30,502 bases of DNA from a bacterium. GTDB taxonomy: Bacteria > Zhuqueibacterota > Zhuqueibacteria > Oceanimicrobiales > Oceanimicrobiaceae. Shown here in pieces: positions 7,476-17,300 of the stretch; position 1 is the first letter of the stretch, and each line of letters begins with the position of its first letter. The notes below the pieces were generated by a model that was not told the DNA's origin, searched no databases, and saw only the letters and a list, made by a program, of their open reading frames with translations. The translations under genes and the position numbers were made by a program. The stretch lies in assembly GCA_037446635.1 (NCBI GenBank), contig JBBIIG010000050.1:1-30502 (forward strand), given 5' to 3'.

Positions 7476-7826
7476 ATGATCATTCGCCTTCAAAGTTTTA
7501 AATTCGCCTTTCGGGGTTTATTTGCTCTTCTCAAAACTCAGCCCAACGCCCGGGTTCATTTGCTGGCAACCATCGCCGTTATTATCGCTGGCGTTTTATT
7601 GCACATTTCCGCCGCCGAATGGTGTTGGCTGGTTTTGGCGATGGTGGCGGTGTGGGTCGCCGAGGCCCTCAACACTGCCATCGAGCAATTGGCCGACGTT
7701 GTTTCCCCGAATTTCCATCCTGCGATTGCCAGGGCCAAAGACCTGGCGGCCGCCGGTGTGCTGCTCGCGGCTTTGGGTGCGGTCGTGATTGGCGCTCTGG
7801 TTTTGGGCCGCCACCTTCTTCACTGA
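7476..7826 (+). CDS. dgkA: Prokaryotic diacylglycerol/undecaprenol kinase family
   Basis: SFKFAFRG, EALNTAIEQLAD, AKDLAAAGVL; 3 TM segments. Confidence 0.9.
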   Translation: MIIRLQSFKFAFRGLFALLKTQPNARVHLLATIAVIIAGVLLHISAAEWCWLVLAMVAVWVAEALNTAIEQLADVVSPNFHPAIARAKDLAAAGVLLAALGAVVIGALVLGRHLLH

Positions 7827-7860
7827 GTCCGCAATTTAAATTTTAATTGGGACTTTTCTC

Positions 7861-7888
7861 TTGACTTTTAAGCCGACGCGATTATATT
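7861..7888 (+). promoter_or_regulatory. Putative sigma70 promoter
   Basis: TTGACT-N16-TATATT, ~320 bp upstream of the protease gene. Confidence 0.4.
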
Positions 7889-8208
7889 AGCTTTTTAGCT
7901 TTTGGTTTTTTCAGTACCTGTGTGAAAAAAATCAATTAAAATTCTGTTATTAGGGAATGAAAACAGTCTTGCCAAAGGTTTTCACCATCAAATCTTTAAG
8001 CCGTTTCCCTCGTTCGCGTAATTCAGCTTAAAATTGTTCGTGATGATTTCCTGACCGTGTGGGGCTAACACACGAGTGTGACTTCTATTTATTCATACTT
8101 TTGAAAAGGGAATTCTTAAAATCAGAAAGGAGTTCAAAATAAAAATTTTGAATTCCCGCCGGTCTCACATTATTCATTCCTTTTACTTTAATGGCGAAGG
8201 AGGTTGTT

Positions 8209-9168
8209 ATGAAGAGAAGTACCTTATTGCTGGTGTTCTCGATGATGCTTTTGTTGCTGTTCGCTTGTGCAAAAGAAGAGCCGGTGGCGCCGGTGGCGAC
8301 CCAGCAGGAACGAGCCCCCTCGTTGGCTAAACAGGGTGATCCCGCAGTGTTGGCGAAAATGGATGAAATTAATGCGCAGTTGGCTGCTATGGGTTTGAAC
8401 CTGTTTGTGAATGAGATTGAGTTTTTCACTATTGGCGAAGGCAGACCCAGCAACCGCATTTTGCAGCAACCTTTCCGCTGGGTGCCCAATGACCCGCGTA
8501 GGCTTGCCGACGGCGATAACCTCACCTATTTGGTGGATAAAAGCGATGGCAAAACCGCCAGCGGCTTGAACAATAGTGACACCGAGCCGGCCATTGATCG
8601 AGCGCTTACTACTTGGGACGATGAGGTTACTTGTGCGGGCGGACAGAAGTTGGATATCATAAAGCGCGCCGACACGGGTCAAGATCCGGACATCTTCGAT
8701 TCCTTCTTTGGTTTTGGCACCTTTGGCAATCCATTCATTGCAGACATTGTGAACGCGGGCTGGCTGCCAAGGGCGTTCTTCGAAGCGGTCGGCGGTCCGG
8801 GTGGCGGCCGCGGAATTCTGGCTTTTTCGGTTACCTTTATATTTTTAACCGGCCCCGGAGGACCACCCTCGGATATCAACGGCGATAATTATCTGGACAC
8901 AGCCTTGAATGAAGTGTATTATAATGACAACTTTGGTGATCCCGGTGGCGACCGCGCGGGTAATCCCTGGGGCATCAATGTTCCACTACCCGGCATCGAT
9001 GTTGAAACTGTGGCGCTACACGAAAACGGCCACAGCTTTGGAATTGGTCACTTCGGTCCGCCGCCGGCCGCAGTAATGAATCCGGTATATGCAGGAATCC
9101 GGCAGGATCTTTTAAGCACTGACAAAGCGGCGTATTGTATAAATTATAGCTCTTGGCCGAATCCGTAA
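8209..9168 (+). CDS. Matrixin-like metzincin lipoprotein
   Basis: AGGAGG RBS favours ATG 8209; lipobox LFAC; HENGHSFGIGH zinc motif; Met-turn AVMNP. Confidence 0.85.
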   Translation: MKRSTLLLVFSMMLLLLFACAKEEPVAPVATQQERAPSLAKQGDPAVLAKMDEINAQLAAMGLNLFVNEIEFFTIGEGRPSNRILQQPFRWVPNDPRRLADGDNLTYLVDKSDGKTASGLNNSDTEPAIDRALTTWDDEVTCAGGQKLDIIKRADTGQDPDIFDSFFGFGTFGNPFIADIVNAGWLPRAFFEAVGGPGGGRGILAFSVTFIFLTGPGGPPSDINGDNYLDTALNEVYYNDNFGDPGGDRAGNPWGINVPLPGIDVETVALHENGHSFGIGHFGPPPAAVMNPVYAGIRQDLLSTDKAAYCINYSSWPNP

Positions 9169-9190
9169 GTCAGATTTTAGTTTTGAGAAC

Positions 9191-9219
9191 AAAAGGGTAT
9201 TCATTTGAATACCCTTTTT
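9191..9219. terminator. Bidirectional terminator
   Basis: AAAAGGGTATTCA-TT-TGAATACCCTTTTT between convergent genes. Confidence 0.8.
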
Positions 9220-9255
9220 AATTTGCGATAGGACGGTGAGACAATTCCCAACCCA

Positions 9256-10641
9256 CTACGGCAGCTTGATGGTGAAGAGCTGGCCATTTTCCTCGAAGCA
9301 AATTCGTCCGCCGGAAGGGGATACGGAAAAATCTTGGGCAGTAAGTGGGAAGCTGTTCACGAGCGCCGGCTGGTTCAAATCTCTCAGCCAGAGGGTTTCG
9401 TTTTTGAGTAAAATGATGCGCGCGTCTTGGGTTACGGCAAAGCGCAGGATGTCGGAAGAGAAATGGCCGGCGCGATCGTCGTCCGCTATCTTTTTGCTTT
9501 TGCCGGAATTCAAGTCCACCGCAAAAAGCTCGGCGGAAGCCGAGTAGATCAAATAATTGGAAAACAGTTCCACCTGCTGGCAATGGTTTACCAGAGGACC
9601 CTCGTGCAAAATTTTTCTCTTCTTTTCGACGGGATGGTAGCGCCAGATTTCATACGAAAATTTACCCGGGCGCGGTTTGCCGTAGGACGACAGAAATAAA
9701 AACTCCTGATCATTTCGCCAGCCAGCGGACCAATTCACCCCCTCCCCGCGCGTCGGCTCCAAAATTTTGGCCAGACCGCTTACCTCATTTTCATTCTCCA
9801 CTTCATTCAGCGCCAGGATAAAAACGTCCTGAATCAAATCGTTGTCATCACTTAAGTAAATCGCGTCGAAGGAAATAAATTGTTCGCTGGGCGACCAGCG
9901 CAGGTTGGCGATTTTAAAGGCGAAGCGATCTTGTTCCAGCAGTTTGCGGATGCCGGCCCCGTTTTTATTGATTAAATACAAATTCTCCGCGATCTCCCAC
10001 CGCTGGTTGACTTCTTCGGCTACAAAAGCCACGGCTTTTCCAGAGGGCGACCAGGCGAAAATGGGCAGCACCTGGCGCTGCTTGTTGCTTTCGATGATTC
10101 TCGACACCGCGCCGCCGGCGGTGCCGATGGTGTAGATGCCGTTTTTGCTGGCGTCAAAGAAGGCAATTTCGCGGCCGGTGGGCGACCACCGCGGGTGGCG
10201 GACGTCGCCTTCAAAAGTGAGCTGCTTGCGCTGAAAGCTGTCCGGAATCTCTGTGATTAGAGTGGAGTCTGCCGGCAGCGCCGCACTTTCCTCCACCACC
10301 ACAAACGCATCGCCATAGCCCAGCGCTTTCACCCGCTGGACGATCTGGCTTGCTGCTTGCTCATTGACAAATGGCCCAACGCGCACACGGTAGAGCGGCG
10401 GCTGGGTTTTTTCCGCGGCGCTCAAATAGGCCGGCAAACTCGAATTGGCGAGGCGGCCCAAAAGCGACTCCGCTTTTTCTTTTTCCGAAAAGGCGCCCAA
10501 CTGCACGCTCCAACCGCTGAGTTGGGGAGCGGTTGCCAGCGAATCCGGATTAGCAGCGGAAGTGGTTTGCGCGGAATCGTTTTGGCCGTCGCAACCACAC
10601 AGAAGGCCGGCCATCAAAATAGCAGGAAGGATTTGTTTCAT
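9256..10641 (-). CDS. Lipoprotein with SPOR domain and TolB-like beta-propeller
   Basis: Start MKQILP with lipobox LCGC; VQLGAF..YRVRVGPF; repeated WSPxG motifs. Confidence 0.8.
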   Translation of the reverse strand: MKQILPAILMAGLLCGCDGQNDSAQTTSAANPDSLATAPQLSGWSVQLGAFSEKEKAESLLGRLANSSLPAYLSAAEKTQPPLYRVRVGPFVNEQAASQIVQRVKALGYGDAFVVVEESAALPADSTLITEIPDSFQRKQLTFEGDVRHPRWSPTGREIAFFDASKNGIYTIGTAGGAVSRIIESNKQRQVLPIFAWSPSGKAVAFVAEEVNQRWEIAENLYLINKNGAGIRKLLEQDRFAFKIANLRWSPSEQFISFDAIYLSDDNDLIQDVFILALNEVENENEVSGLAKILEPTRGEGVNWSAGWRNDQEFLFLSSYGKPRPGKFSYEIWRYHPVEKKRKILHEGPLVNHCQQVELFSNYLIYSASAELFAVDLNSGKSKKIADDDRAGHFSSDILRFAVTQDARIILLKNETLWLRDLNQPALVNSFPLTAQDFSVSPSGGRICFEENGQLFTIKLP

Positions 10642-10875
10642 AAAGTATGAGAGAAAAAAATTGTTACCTACTATACTTTTGATCTCAATTATTGGTTTCG
10701 CCGGCAAATTAAAAGCTCAAATCTCAGGCAGAGGCGCGAAGTCGCAAAGGCTTTTAAGAACGGAGTGCCCGTCCGGCAGGCGGGCAAAACTGAAGTTTTG
10801 CACTCCGGTTCTATAAAATTTGCCGGGCTTTCAGCTTGATTTTACCTAACGATTTCTCTATATTCACCGACTAAC

Positions 10876-10966
10876 TTAACCGCAAGGTTTGCCGTGAAAA
10901 GGCCAAGAGCGCAAGGGAAATTTTGTTAGCGAACTTTGTGCTTAACTTTGCGTTCATAGCGGTTAA
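10876..10966. repeat. Imperfect palindromic element
   Basis: TTAACCGC..GCGCAAG..CTTTGCG..GCGGTTAA. Confidence 0.5.
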
Positions 10967-10990
10967 AAAATTTGCAATAGAGAGTTTAAT

Positions 10991-12229
10991 ATGTCAGAAA
11001 AACGCACCGAGCACGCCGATCTCTCGGCTTTGCGCATTGACCGCGAAAACGATTCCCCGGAGAATCGCGCCGGCTTGAAAAATAAATTCATTCTGGCGGC
11101 AGTCATTCTGGCGCTGGCGGTCGCGGCAGCGTACTTCACTTTTTCAAAGATGAAAGCCGCGCCGGTGGTGAGCGTCGCTGAGGCGACAATGGTTTCGCCC
11201 TCGCTCGCCGACGCCGTTTTAACTGCCAGCGGTTACGTGGTGGCCCAGCGCCAGGCCGCCATCGCTTCCAAGGGCACGGGGCGATTGGAATATTTAGGCG
11301 TTGAAGAAGGCGACGTCGTCAAAAAAGGTCAAATCATCGCTCGCCTGGAGCACACCGACGTGGATGCGGCGTTGAATCAGGCGCGCGCGAACTCGGAAAT
11401 GGCGGAGGCCGCGCTGAAGCAGAACGAAGCACAGTTGAAAGAATCGGAGCTGCATTTCAATCGTCAAAAAGATTTGTTGGCGAAGGGCTTGATCTCCGAC
11501 GCCGAATTCGATATCGCCGACGCCCGTTATCATAACGATCTGGCGGCGGTAAATTGGGCCAAGGCGCAGGTGGAGTTGGCGAAGGCCGCGGTGGTTGCCG
11601 CGGAAGTCAACGTCGAGAATACCAACATTCGCGCGCCGTTCGACGGCACCGTACTCACCAAGAACGCCGACATCGGCGAGATGGTAGCGCCGTTCGCGGC
11701 TTCCTCCAATTCGCGCGGCGCGGTGGTCACCATCGCCGACATGACCTCGCTGGAAGTGGAGGCCGACGTTTCCGAATCCAACATTCACAAAGTGCAGCCG
11801 GGCCAATCCTGCGAAATTATCCTCGATGCTTTTCCCGGCGATCGCTATCCGGGTTACGTGCACAAAATCGTGCCCACCGCCGATCGCGCCAAAGCCACGG
11901 TGCTCACCAAAATCCGCTTCAAACAGATCGATGAAAAAGTGCTGCCGGAGATGAGCGCCAAAGTAAATTTTCTGACCCGGCCACTGGAGGAAACCAACGG
12001 CTCGCTGCGGCCTTTCACCGGCGTTTTGAAAGCGGCCGTCGTCCAAAGAGAAAGCGGGTCGGTGGTATTTGTGGTAAAAAATGATGTCGTGGTGGAGACG
12101 CCCGTCGCCGTTGGCAGGGAATTAGGCGGTTATGTTGAAATCGTAAACGGGCTGAGCGCCGGCGAGCGGGTGGTTTTGAATCCCAGCGCTGATTTGAAAT
12201 CGGGCGCGCGGATTAAGTTAGCAAAATAA
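10991..12229 (+). CDS. Efflux periplasmic adaptor (MacA/HlyD family)
   Basis: N-terminal TM, VEEGDVVKKGQ lipoyl half, coiled coil, IRAPFDGTV, EADVSE, LPEMSA. Confidence 0.92.
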   Translation: MSEKRTEHADLSALRIDRENDSPENRAGLKNKFILAAVILALAVAAAYFTFSKMKAAPVVSVAEATMVSPSLADAVLTASGYVVAQRQAAIASKGTGRLEYLGVEEGDVVKKGQIIARLEHTDVDAALNQARANSEMAEAALKQNEAQLKESELHFNRQKDLLAKGLISDAEFDIADARYHNDLAAVNWAKAQVELAKAAVVAAEVNVENTNIRAPFDGTVLTKNADIGEMVAPFAASSNSRGAVVTIADMTSLEVEADVSESNIHKVQPGQSCEIILDAFPGDRYPGYVHKIVPTADRAKATVLTKIRFKQIDEKVLPEMSAKVNFLTRPLEETNGSLRPFTGVLKAAVVQRESGSVVFVVKNDVVVETPVAVGRELGGYVEIVNGLSAGERVVLNPSADLKSGARIKLAK

Positions 12230-12282
12230 TTTTAGGCTGATCGAATGAAATTGAAACACCGAAGGACACCGTGGATTCGGTG

Positions 12283-13056
12283 TCATTCAGTGTTTAATAT
12301 TTTTATTTCTTGTAAAGCGGAGCCGCTTTTTGCGGAAATGAAACTAAAAACTTCCTGCCACACTTTCTCCTTTTCAAAATCCACGGTAATGATGTGATAC
12401 GATTCCGTCAAATCCACCTTGCGTTTGTCTGTAGAAGACACCAGGCTAAAAATCATTTCTGAATTTGAAAAGGGGATGGTGTGATCCTTTCGCGAGTGGA
12501 TGATCAAAATCGGCTGGGCCACGTTTGGAAGTTCACCCCGCACGTGATCGATCAATTGAAAAAGCTGATCCACGGCGTAATAGGGATAGCGCCGATAACT
12601 TCCCAAGCGCGGGCGAGTGGAGATATCGTGCACGTCTTCGCCGCCTTTTTTATGGCGAAATTTTTTGATTTTTTTGAGCGCCCGCACTGCGGCTTTTTTC
12701 CACGCCGGGAATTGCGCCGGCGCGGATAGCGCAATTACCCCGCGAATGGCTGGCGTGTTTGCTGCCAAATGCAGCGCCAGCGCCCCGCCCATCGACAGCC
12801 CGCAGACGAAGACTTCTTCACACGCCGCCTGCAATTCTCGATACGCCGCTTCTACCGCCCCGATCCAATCGCGCCAACTGTAGTTGAACATATCCGCGGA
12901 ATGAGTGGCGTGCCCGGGCAGCGTGGGAATCGACACCGTGAGATTTTTTTGGGCAAGCCACTGGCCCAACTCCAGCAGCTCATTGGGGCTGCCGGTGAAG
13001 CCGTGAATCATCAAGCAGCCCACCGGGCCATTTTGATAAAAGTAATTTTGCGGCAT
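12283..13056 (-). CDS. Alpha/beta-hydrolase carboxylesterase (YvaK/Est30-like)
   Basis: HGFTG, GLSMGG nucleophile elbow, DHTI, SYH. Confidence 0.9.
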   Translation of the reverse strand: MPQNYFYQNGPVGCLMIHGFTGSPNELLELGQWLAQKNLTVSIPTLPGHATHSADMFNYSWRDWIGAVEAAYRELQAACEEVFVCGLSMGGALALHLAANTPAIRGVIALSAPAQFPAWKKAAVRALKKIKKFRHKKGGEDVHDISTRPRLGSYRRYPYYAVDQLFQLIDHVRGELPNVAQPILIIHSRKDHTIPFSNSEMIFSLVSSTDKRKVDLTESYHIITVDFEKEKVWQEVFSFISAKSGSALQEIKILNTE

Positions 13057-13369
13057 CTATCTCAACCAATTGTTGTTTTTGCACAACCCAAAAACGATAG
13101 ACCAGCCAGCCGCCCGAAATCAGCGCGGCGACCGTCGTCCACAAAAGCGCGGTGCGCAGTTGAGAATAAGCCAGCGTCCGCGCCAGAACGAGGCCAACGA
13201 CGATGGCGATCACGAAACCACCCAGGCCGTAGCCCAGCGCGATGGCCGGACCGGCGAGTCCGCTGTCTTTTGGCGCTAACTGCGCGCCGATCATCGTCCC
13301 GATGAATAACCCTAAAAATGCCAACAAAAAGACGAAAAAGAAACCGGGTATGATTTTGGATTTGGTCAT
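12980..13369 (-). CDS. Hypothetical 3-TM membrane protein
   Basis: Three hydrophobic helices with DSGLAGPA loop; 77-nt 3' overlap with the esterase gene. Confidence 0.65.
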   Translation of the reverse strand: MTKSKIIPGFFFVFLLAFLGLFIGTMIGAQLAPKDSGLAGPAIALGYGLGGFVIAIVVGLVLARTLAYSQLRTALLWTTVAALISGGWLVYRFWVVQKQQLVEIDAAKLLLSKWPGGLLDDSRLHRQPQ

Positions 13370-13426
13370 TCAATTCTTGATCGTGTTTTGTGTGTTCGCT
13401 ATTTTAGAAACAAAAACGGAGCGCTT

Positions 13427-13633
13427 ATGCAATTTGGTTACGTTAAAAAATGGGAAGTCGGCAAAGGCTACGGCTTCATTGTTTCCGATGACGACGAGGA
13501 GTTGTTCGTGCACTCCAGCGATCTGGATCCTTCCATAAAAGAGAGACGCCTGCGCGAAGGCCAGCGAGTTAAATTCGACGTGAAGCCCGACATGAAGGGC
13601 GATAAGGCGGTGCGGGTCAAAATAGTAAAATAG
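13427..13633 (+). CDS. Cold-shock domain protein
   Basis: GYVKKW, KGYGFI (RNP1), LFVH (RNP2); GGAG RBS before ATG 13427. Confidence 0.92.
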   Translation: MQFGYVKKWEVGKGYGFIVSDDDEELFVHSSDLDPSIKERRLREGQRVKFDVKPDMKGDKAVRVKIVK

Positions 13634-13656
13634 CATCGCGTGCATCGCGGGAGTGT

Positions 13657-13725
13657 AAAAATCAGTGCGAAGGACGTATTCTTACACTCTTATCTCAAAA
13701 GCAAAAAATACGCTGCGCTGATTTT
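13657..13725. terminator. Imperfect stem-loop between convergent genes
   Basis: AAAATCAGTGC..CGTATT / AATACG..GCGCTGATTTT. Confidence 0.4.
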
Positions 13726-13743
13726 GGCTCCAGTCGGTTACTT

Positions 13744-14169
13744 CTAAAGTGGCCAATCTCTGAGGATGCGTTCGGTTTCTTCGGAGTGGCCGCTTTCGTC
13801 CCGCACCATGTCTTCCAATTGCACGGCCATGCCTTTGTCTCCGAATTCTTCCGCTTCTTGTGCCCGTTTTGTGTAATCTTGAGTCGCTTGCCGTTCCGCG
13901 GCTAAAACGGCTTCCAACATCTCGCGATTGGTTTTCGCCGCCGGCACCGGGCGCGGCTTCGTCGTCGGCTCGCCGCCGAGCGCCACGATTTTATTGGCGA
14001 GATATTGTGCGTGCAGTTGCTCGTCGGCGACTTCCGCGAGGAAAAATTGCGCCAACTGCGGACGATACGGCCCGGTGGCTTTGGCCGCGTAGGTGATGTA
14101 CTGGATGATGGCGCCCAGCTCGCCGGCGAGGTCTTCGTTCAGGTGGTCGATCAGGGTTTTCTTGTCCAT
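13744..14169 (-). CDS. Ferritin-like (bacterioferritin/Dps superfamily) protein
   Basis: ELGAIIQY, DEQLH, ERQA..Y, DESGH di-iron pattern. Confidence 0.88.
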   Translation of the reverse strand: MDKKTLIDHLNEDLAGELGAIIQYITYAAKATGPYRPQLAQFFLAEVADEQLHAQYLANKIVALGGEPTTKPRPVPAAKTNREMLEAVLAAERQATQDYTKRAQEAEEFGDKGMAVQLEDMVRDESGHSEETERILRDWPL

Positions 14170-14249
14170 TGTGTTCTCCTTTCGTCATTGGCATGTCATT
14201 CAGGAGGAATCTTTTCAGAGTTTAAGCAAAAAAAGTATCCTTTGACTCG

Positions 14250-14337
14250 TATTGTAAAAAATTGTCAGCCCCGTAGGGAACGCATACTATGCGTTCCCGA
14301 CATTTTCGTTGCTGAAGTTGATTTTACAATAGTCTTG
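14250..14337. repeat. MITE/REP-like element copy 1
   Basis: GTAGGGAACGCATA-C-TATGCGTTCCCGAC (14273-14301) between TATTGTAAAA and TTTTACAATAGTCTTG. Confidence 0.75.
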
Positions 14338-14356
14338 CTCCTGAATGACTTCAAAC

Positions 14357-17300
14357 CTAAACCACAACAATCCGCTTTTCTACCTCCGGATAAATTTTAT
14401 CAATCTCTTTTTGAATGGCAAGGGTTTTGGCGATAGCTGTCACGATGCCGGAGTAATGCCGGATATCAGCCAAAGCCAGCGCCCGGCCTTTGCGATCCTT
14501 CAGCCATTTATCACACACCTGGTAGCCGCCGATGTGATATTCCCAGATTTGCTTTTCAACTTTTTCAAAGTGCTGATCGCGGTTGATATAAACGCGCCGG
14601 CGCTCGGCGTCGAATTGCGGCTTGTCAACTTTGCCTGATCCTGTGCCCTGTAATTTCAGCGGTGCTCGATCCAACTCTTTAGATTGAAGCAAATGCAGCC
14701 CCACCAATCGCTGGCCGAGTTTTGACATCTTCTGAAATAGTTTGTACTCGGAAGTAAACGGCACGCGCGGAAAATCGATTCGCAAAAATTCAGCGTACTG
14801 ATTCCGATAAATGTTGGAGTAGAGAACGGCGTAGATGTAGCAGAAGATTTCTTCAGGCGTGGGTTGCTTGCGATAGGCTTTTTTTAATGATTCGAGCAGC
14901 GCTGGATTCAAATTGGGTTTTTTGGTGCGATAGGGTTCAGCGGGTTCGAAGACGATCATCATGGTGCTGTTGGCGCCGCGATTCGGCTTGGGTTGCTCGG
15001 CATAAATGTAAAGTGGAAAATTCACATTGCCGCCGCGATAGAATAGATTCAAATCTGTCATACAATCCGAGCAAAACACGATGTTCCAGGGTTTCTCCAA
15101 GCCAACCACCTGGCCAGCCCGGCCAACACATAAAGCCAAATTTGTTTTCAGCATGTGTTGCATCACTTCTCTGCGAGTCCGCTCAACCAACTGATCATGA
15201 TAACAAATCCATTGCGCATCAAAGGGCCGATATAAAATTTTGTGAATGGATTTCCCCCAGTTCTCATCTTCCCGGAGTTTTTCGCGAGCGGTTTTTAGTT
15301 TCCAGTTGGATTTGTCTTTCAAGTTGAATGTCCGCCGAATCATTTCATCGGGAATGGATTCATCGCAAAACATGCGGATGCGGCGTTTGAGCGCTTTGGG
15401 ATCGGGATCGATTACCAAGCTGTCCCGCGAGGTTACGACGCCCACGCTGTTCACCGGAAAAATCTCGTTAATTTTCAGCGATCGTTCATATAACTTCAAA
15501 CCGCGTTCGTCCCGCGGAATGAAAAGATAAAACTCCGATTTCGGTTTCAGCTTCTGCCACTCGGTGTTTTTGATCTCGTGTTTTTCAAGCCACTCATATT
15601 TCTGTTCTCGCAGACCCCACAGATCGGCGTGAAAGACTTGACATTTCTTTTTGGGTTTCTTTTTTGGCTTTTCTTCCTTTGGAACAAAAATGTTTAACTG
15701 CGGCGAGGGACGAAACATCGGATGCGGCTTTTCTTTTTCTTTCATTTTTACGAACAGAGCAATTGCCACGCCCTGCTGAATATCAAACACATTCTCATCC
15801 TTCGAGCCATCGGGACATTTTTCTTTTTTCAAACTGTTGCCGTGCAAATCGAGCACGTAAATTTCGTCGAAGCTGTTCATCAGCGATTGCCGCATGCCGC
15901 GGAAGGTGGGATTGTCGAGATAGCTGTGGTTGGTGATGAAGCCCAGCACACCCTCGCCGGCCTGATCGATCTTCCACTGCGCGAAGCGGATGAACTTCAC
16001 GTAGTCGTCCTGCAGCCACTTGGGATTTTTCTCGCCCAGCGGCTGGCCATCGACGCGGTAGTAGCCCTCGTCTTTGTCGCCGTTCGGGAGCGTGTAGCCT
16101 TTTTTCAGGGAATCGTCCATCCACGGACTGGGATTGGCGGAGTGGCCGGAATAAGGCGGATTGCCGAGGATCACCAAAATCGGCTGTTCCTTTTTCACGC
16201 GGCCCGCCAGATGCGATTCCTCTGAAAGCGACGCCATGCCCGGCAGCTCGGTTTGCGCCAGCTCCTCCATCTCGAGGGTGTTGGTGAGATAGAGCTTGAT
16301 GCGCTCATCGGGCCGAAGTTGGTAGCCCATTTCGTCCAACAAAAACGCCATCTTCAAATGGCCGATGGCATACGGCGCCATCATCAATTCGAAGGCATAG
16401 AAATTTTGCAGAACGTGTTCTCTGATGAACGTCTCTTTTGCGCCCGCGCCACGCTGCGCGACAAATTCATCCGCCGCTAAACTTGCGGCTTGTGCCAGAA
16501 ACGTCAGCGTGCCGGCCGCCGGATCCAAAACCGTCACTGCATCGCTGGCGAGTCCATCCCGGCGATTAAATTTTTCTTTGAGAATGTGATGCAGCGCGCG
16601 CACGATGTACGACACCACCGGCTCCGGGGTGTAGTAGACGCCGCGCTTTTCGCGGGTGGCGGGATCGTATTCCGCGAGAAAGGTTTCATAAAAATGGATG
16701 ATGGGATCGCGGCCTTTGCCCTCGCGATAGAAATCGTGCAGCAGCTGATTGACATCGGTGACTGCCAGCACTTCGGTGAGGTCGTCGATGATCCACTCCA
16801 TTGGCGGCGGCACGTCCTCCAGCGAGATGAACCGAAACAGGTCGCGCAAAATGCCAATGGTGCGCGGGATATGATCGTAAGCCAATTTGCGATTGAAGCC
16901 GTTTTTGGCGCGGGTGCGGGCGGCGAACAGGCCGTAAGTGAGCGTTTGCGAATACAAATCCGCGAAGTCTTCTTTCGACAGCCCGGCGATGAGATATTGT
17001 TGAAAGGCTTCATAAAATCCGTGAATGAAGCCACGAGCGTTTTCCTTCTCTTTGAGTTCCTCCGCTACCACCTGATCTTTCAAAAAGCGCGTGCGCTTCG
17101 CCAGCTCAACCGCGAGCGTTTGCGCACTGTAAACGCGCGGCAGGGAAAACGCAAAAAAAGTTTCGAGCAATTTGAGAAACGCGGCTTCATTTTCCACCGG
17201 CGGGACGGCGCCGAGTTTTTGAATGACAAACGGCCGGGCGATGGCGACTTTGTCAATCAACTCGCCGTTGCGATAGAGCCGAAACTCAAAGAAATTGGTG

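Noticed and set aside
7950..8080. Riboswitch in the protease leader
   Set aside because: Only short stems; no recognisable consensus
10642..10707. N-terminal extension of the SPOR gene
   Set aside because: Lipoprotein signal begins at ATG 10641
11294..12046. Long antisense ORF (also 1169-1699, 5915-6517, 16490-17497, 18538-19119)
   Set aside because: Shadow frames of well-supported GC-rich genes
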